64,000 bases of DNA from Vitrella brassicaformis CCMP3155 (Eukaryota; Protista; Chromerida): the NCBI GenBank assembly GCA_001179505.1, contig CDMY01000280.1, forward strand, positions 62,001-126,000, given 5' to 3'. Position 1 is the first letter of the stretch. Every line of letters begins with the position of its first letter. The position numbers and the translations under genes were made by a program. Shown piece by piece: positions 63,101-64,000 of this stretch. The notes beneath the pieces are model-generated. The model did not search any database, was not told the DNA's origin, and saw only the letters and a program-made list of their open reading frames with translations.

Positions 63101-64000
63101 TTGGGGGTGATCGGTGCTCTTTGTGCTTATTGGGGGTGGAGCACTTGGTGGATAAGTTGGATTGGGGGTTTCTTATGGTGGCTTGCCATCGCTGTGATGC
63201 TGATGATATCAATGTGTGGGACGATCGCAACCTGCTCGAGAGAGCCTCCTTCAGGGGCTCGCCTCTTCGATTACAGCCGATTGGGTCTTCTGCATGTGCT
63301 GATCGCGGAGCTTGTCTACACAACCAGCACCTGGATTACCTTCTTGACGATTGCGATGTTCAACAAGAGAGTCCCCATATGGCTGTGGCGCCTCTACTGT
63401 CTCATCCCCGCTACAGAAACCCTCATCCTTTACCCCTCTCTAATCGCAACACTCGAGCAGAAAATTGACGCCAGAGCCCATCGCCATCCGACCAAAGATG
63501 GTTGCAGCATACTCTGCGAAGCCCTTTTCGGCCTCACATGCAATGTCCTCTTCCTCTGCTATCCCACTTATCAACTGCAGCTGCTCCCAATAGCCAACAT
63601 CATTCTGACGGTGGCAGTTTTCAGTTGCCAGCTGAGTAGAAGGCCCATCGGCCTTCAACATGCCGAGCTCATCGACCGCATCCATCAAATTCGAAAGGAA
63701 GATGCTGCGTGGATAAGCATGGCCATGAAACAGCTTCTTGACGGTGGCGCAGATCCAAACATGGCGTGCGGCGAGCCGCTTCATCAGGCAGTGATGGCCG
63801 AGACAGAGACCGACGACAGCGACAGCCCCTTGGTGCGGGATACTGAAGGAGCTCCTATTCGGATTTTCAACACTGTGGAGCTGCTGTTGGAGGCCGGAGC
63901 AGACCCCAATCTTGGCAAGCGTCGGTTCGGCGGCCTAGTCGTGGCGCCTTTAGACGAAGTTGTGAGCGGAGGGTTAAGCACTAAGCGACGGACACCTTCG
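60123..64000 (+). CDS. Second [multi-TM + ankyrin] tandem-module gene (module C 60123-~62290; module D ~62290->64000), 3' partial
   Basis: Same exon-intron structure as the 35-39 kb gene. Linker exon QEGEPEKKLLDEEKALEANLKTIARAVRAETADGQAFVPQALSSDGPRRVSWQVLLRENIMLILLGAFAA joins C to D in frame. The main exon of D is open through VELLLEAGADPNLG..PLDEV near the window end. Confidence 0.85.

Noticed and set aside
1-64000. Many six-frame ORFs with HTHTHT, VCVCVC, RERERE or MDGWMDG runs
   Set aside because: They are translations of intronic (CA)n, (GA)n and (GATG)n microsatellites, not proteins.
35243-64000. Inverted ankyrin-module genes read as the terminal inverted repeats of a 29-kb transposon or Polinton
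   Set aside because: The arms are diverged protein-coding paralogs, and the enclosed block holds host genes (eIF3d, channel) with no transposase, integrase or polymerase.

Overview
Gene-dense, GC-rich eukaryotic genomic DNA with many short spliceosomal introns full of (CA)n/(GT)n/(GA)n/(GATG)n microsatellites. The style, the ApiAP2-type domains and the lineage-specific families fit a chromerid alveolate such as Vitrella brassicaformis (inference). Well-supported genes: a ~12.5 kb multi-exon GT48 1,3-beta-glucan synthase, a SAP + LOTUS protein, a BTB protein, NDC80, a degenerate importin-alpha-like protein, a decayed multi-AP2 locus, a CASTOR/POLLUX/PEC-type cation channel with a plastid-type bipartite leader, and eIF3d. 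Two oppositely oriented genes (35.2-39.6 kb minus; 60.1->64 kb plus) are each built from in-frame tandem [polytopic membrane + ankyrin] modules with a hypervariable segment and signs of recombination between copies. Other notable patterns: many introns have AC-rich 5' halves and GT-rich 3' halves that could fold back, GC-AG introns are frequent, genes mostly sit head-to-head, and a MITE-like foldback follows NDC80. Three 300-N gaps lie next to G/C homopolymers. I saw no rRNA, tRNA, CRISPR array or transposase. Exon structures were read by eye, so some gene ends are approximate.
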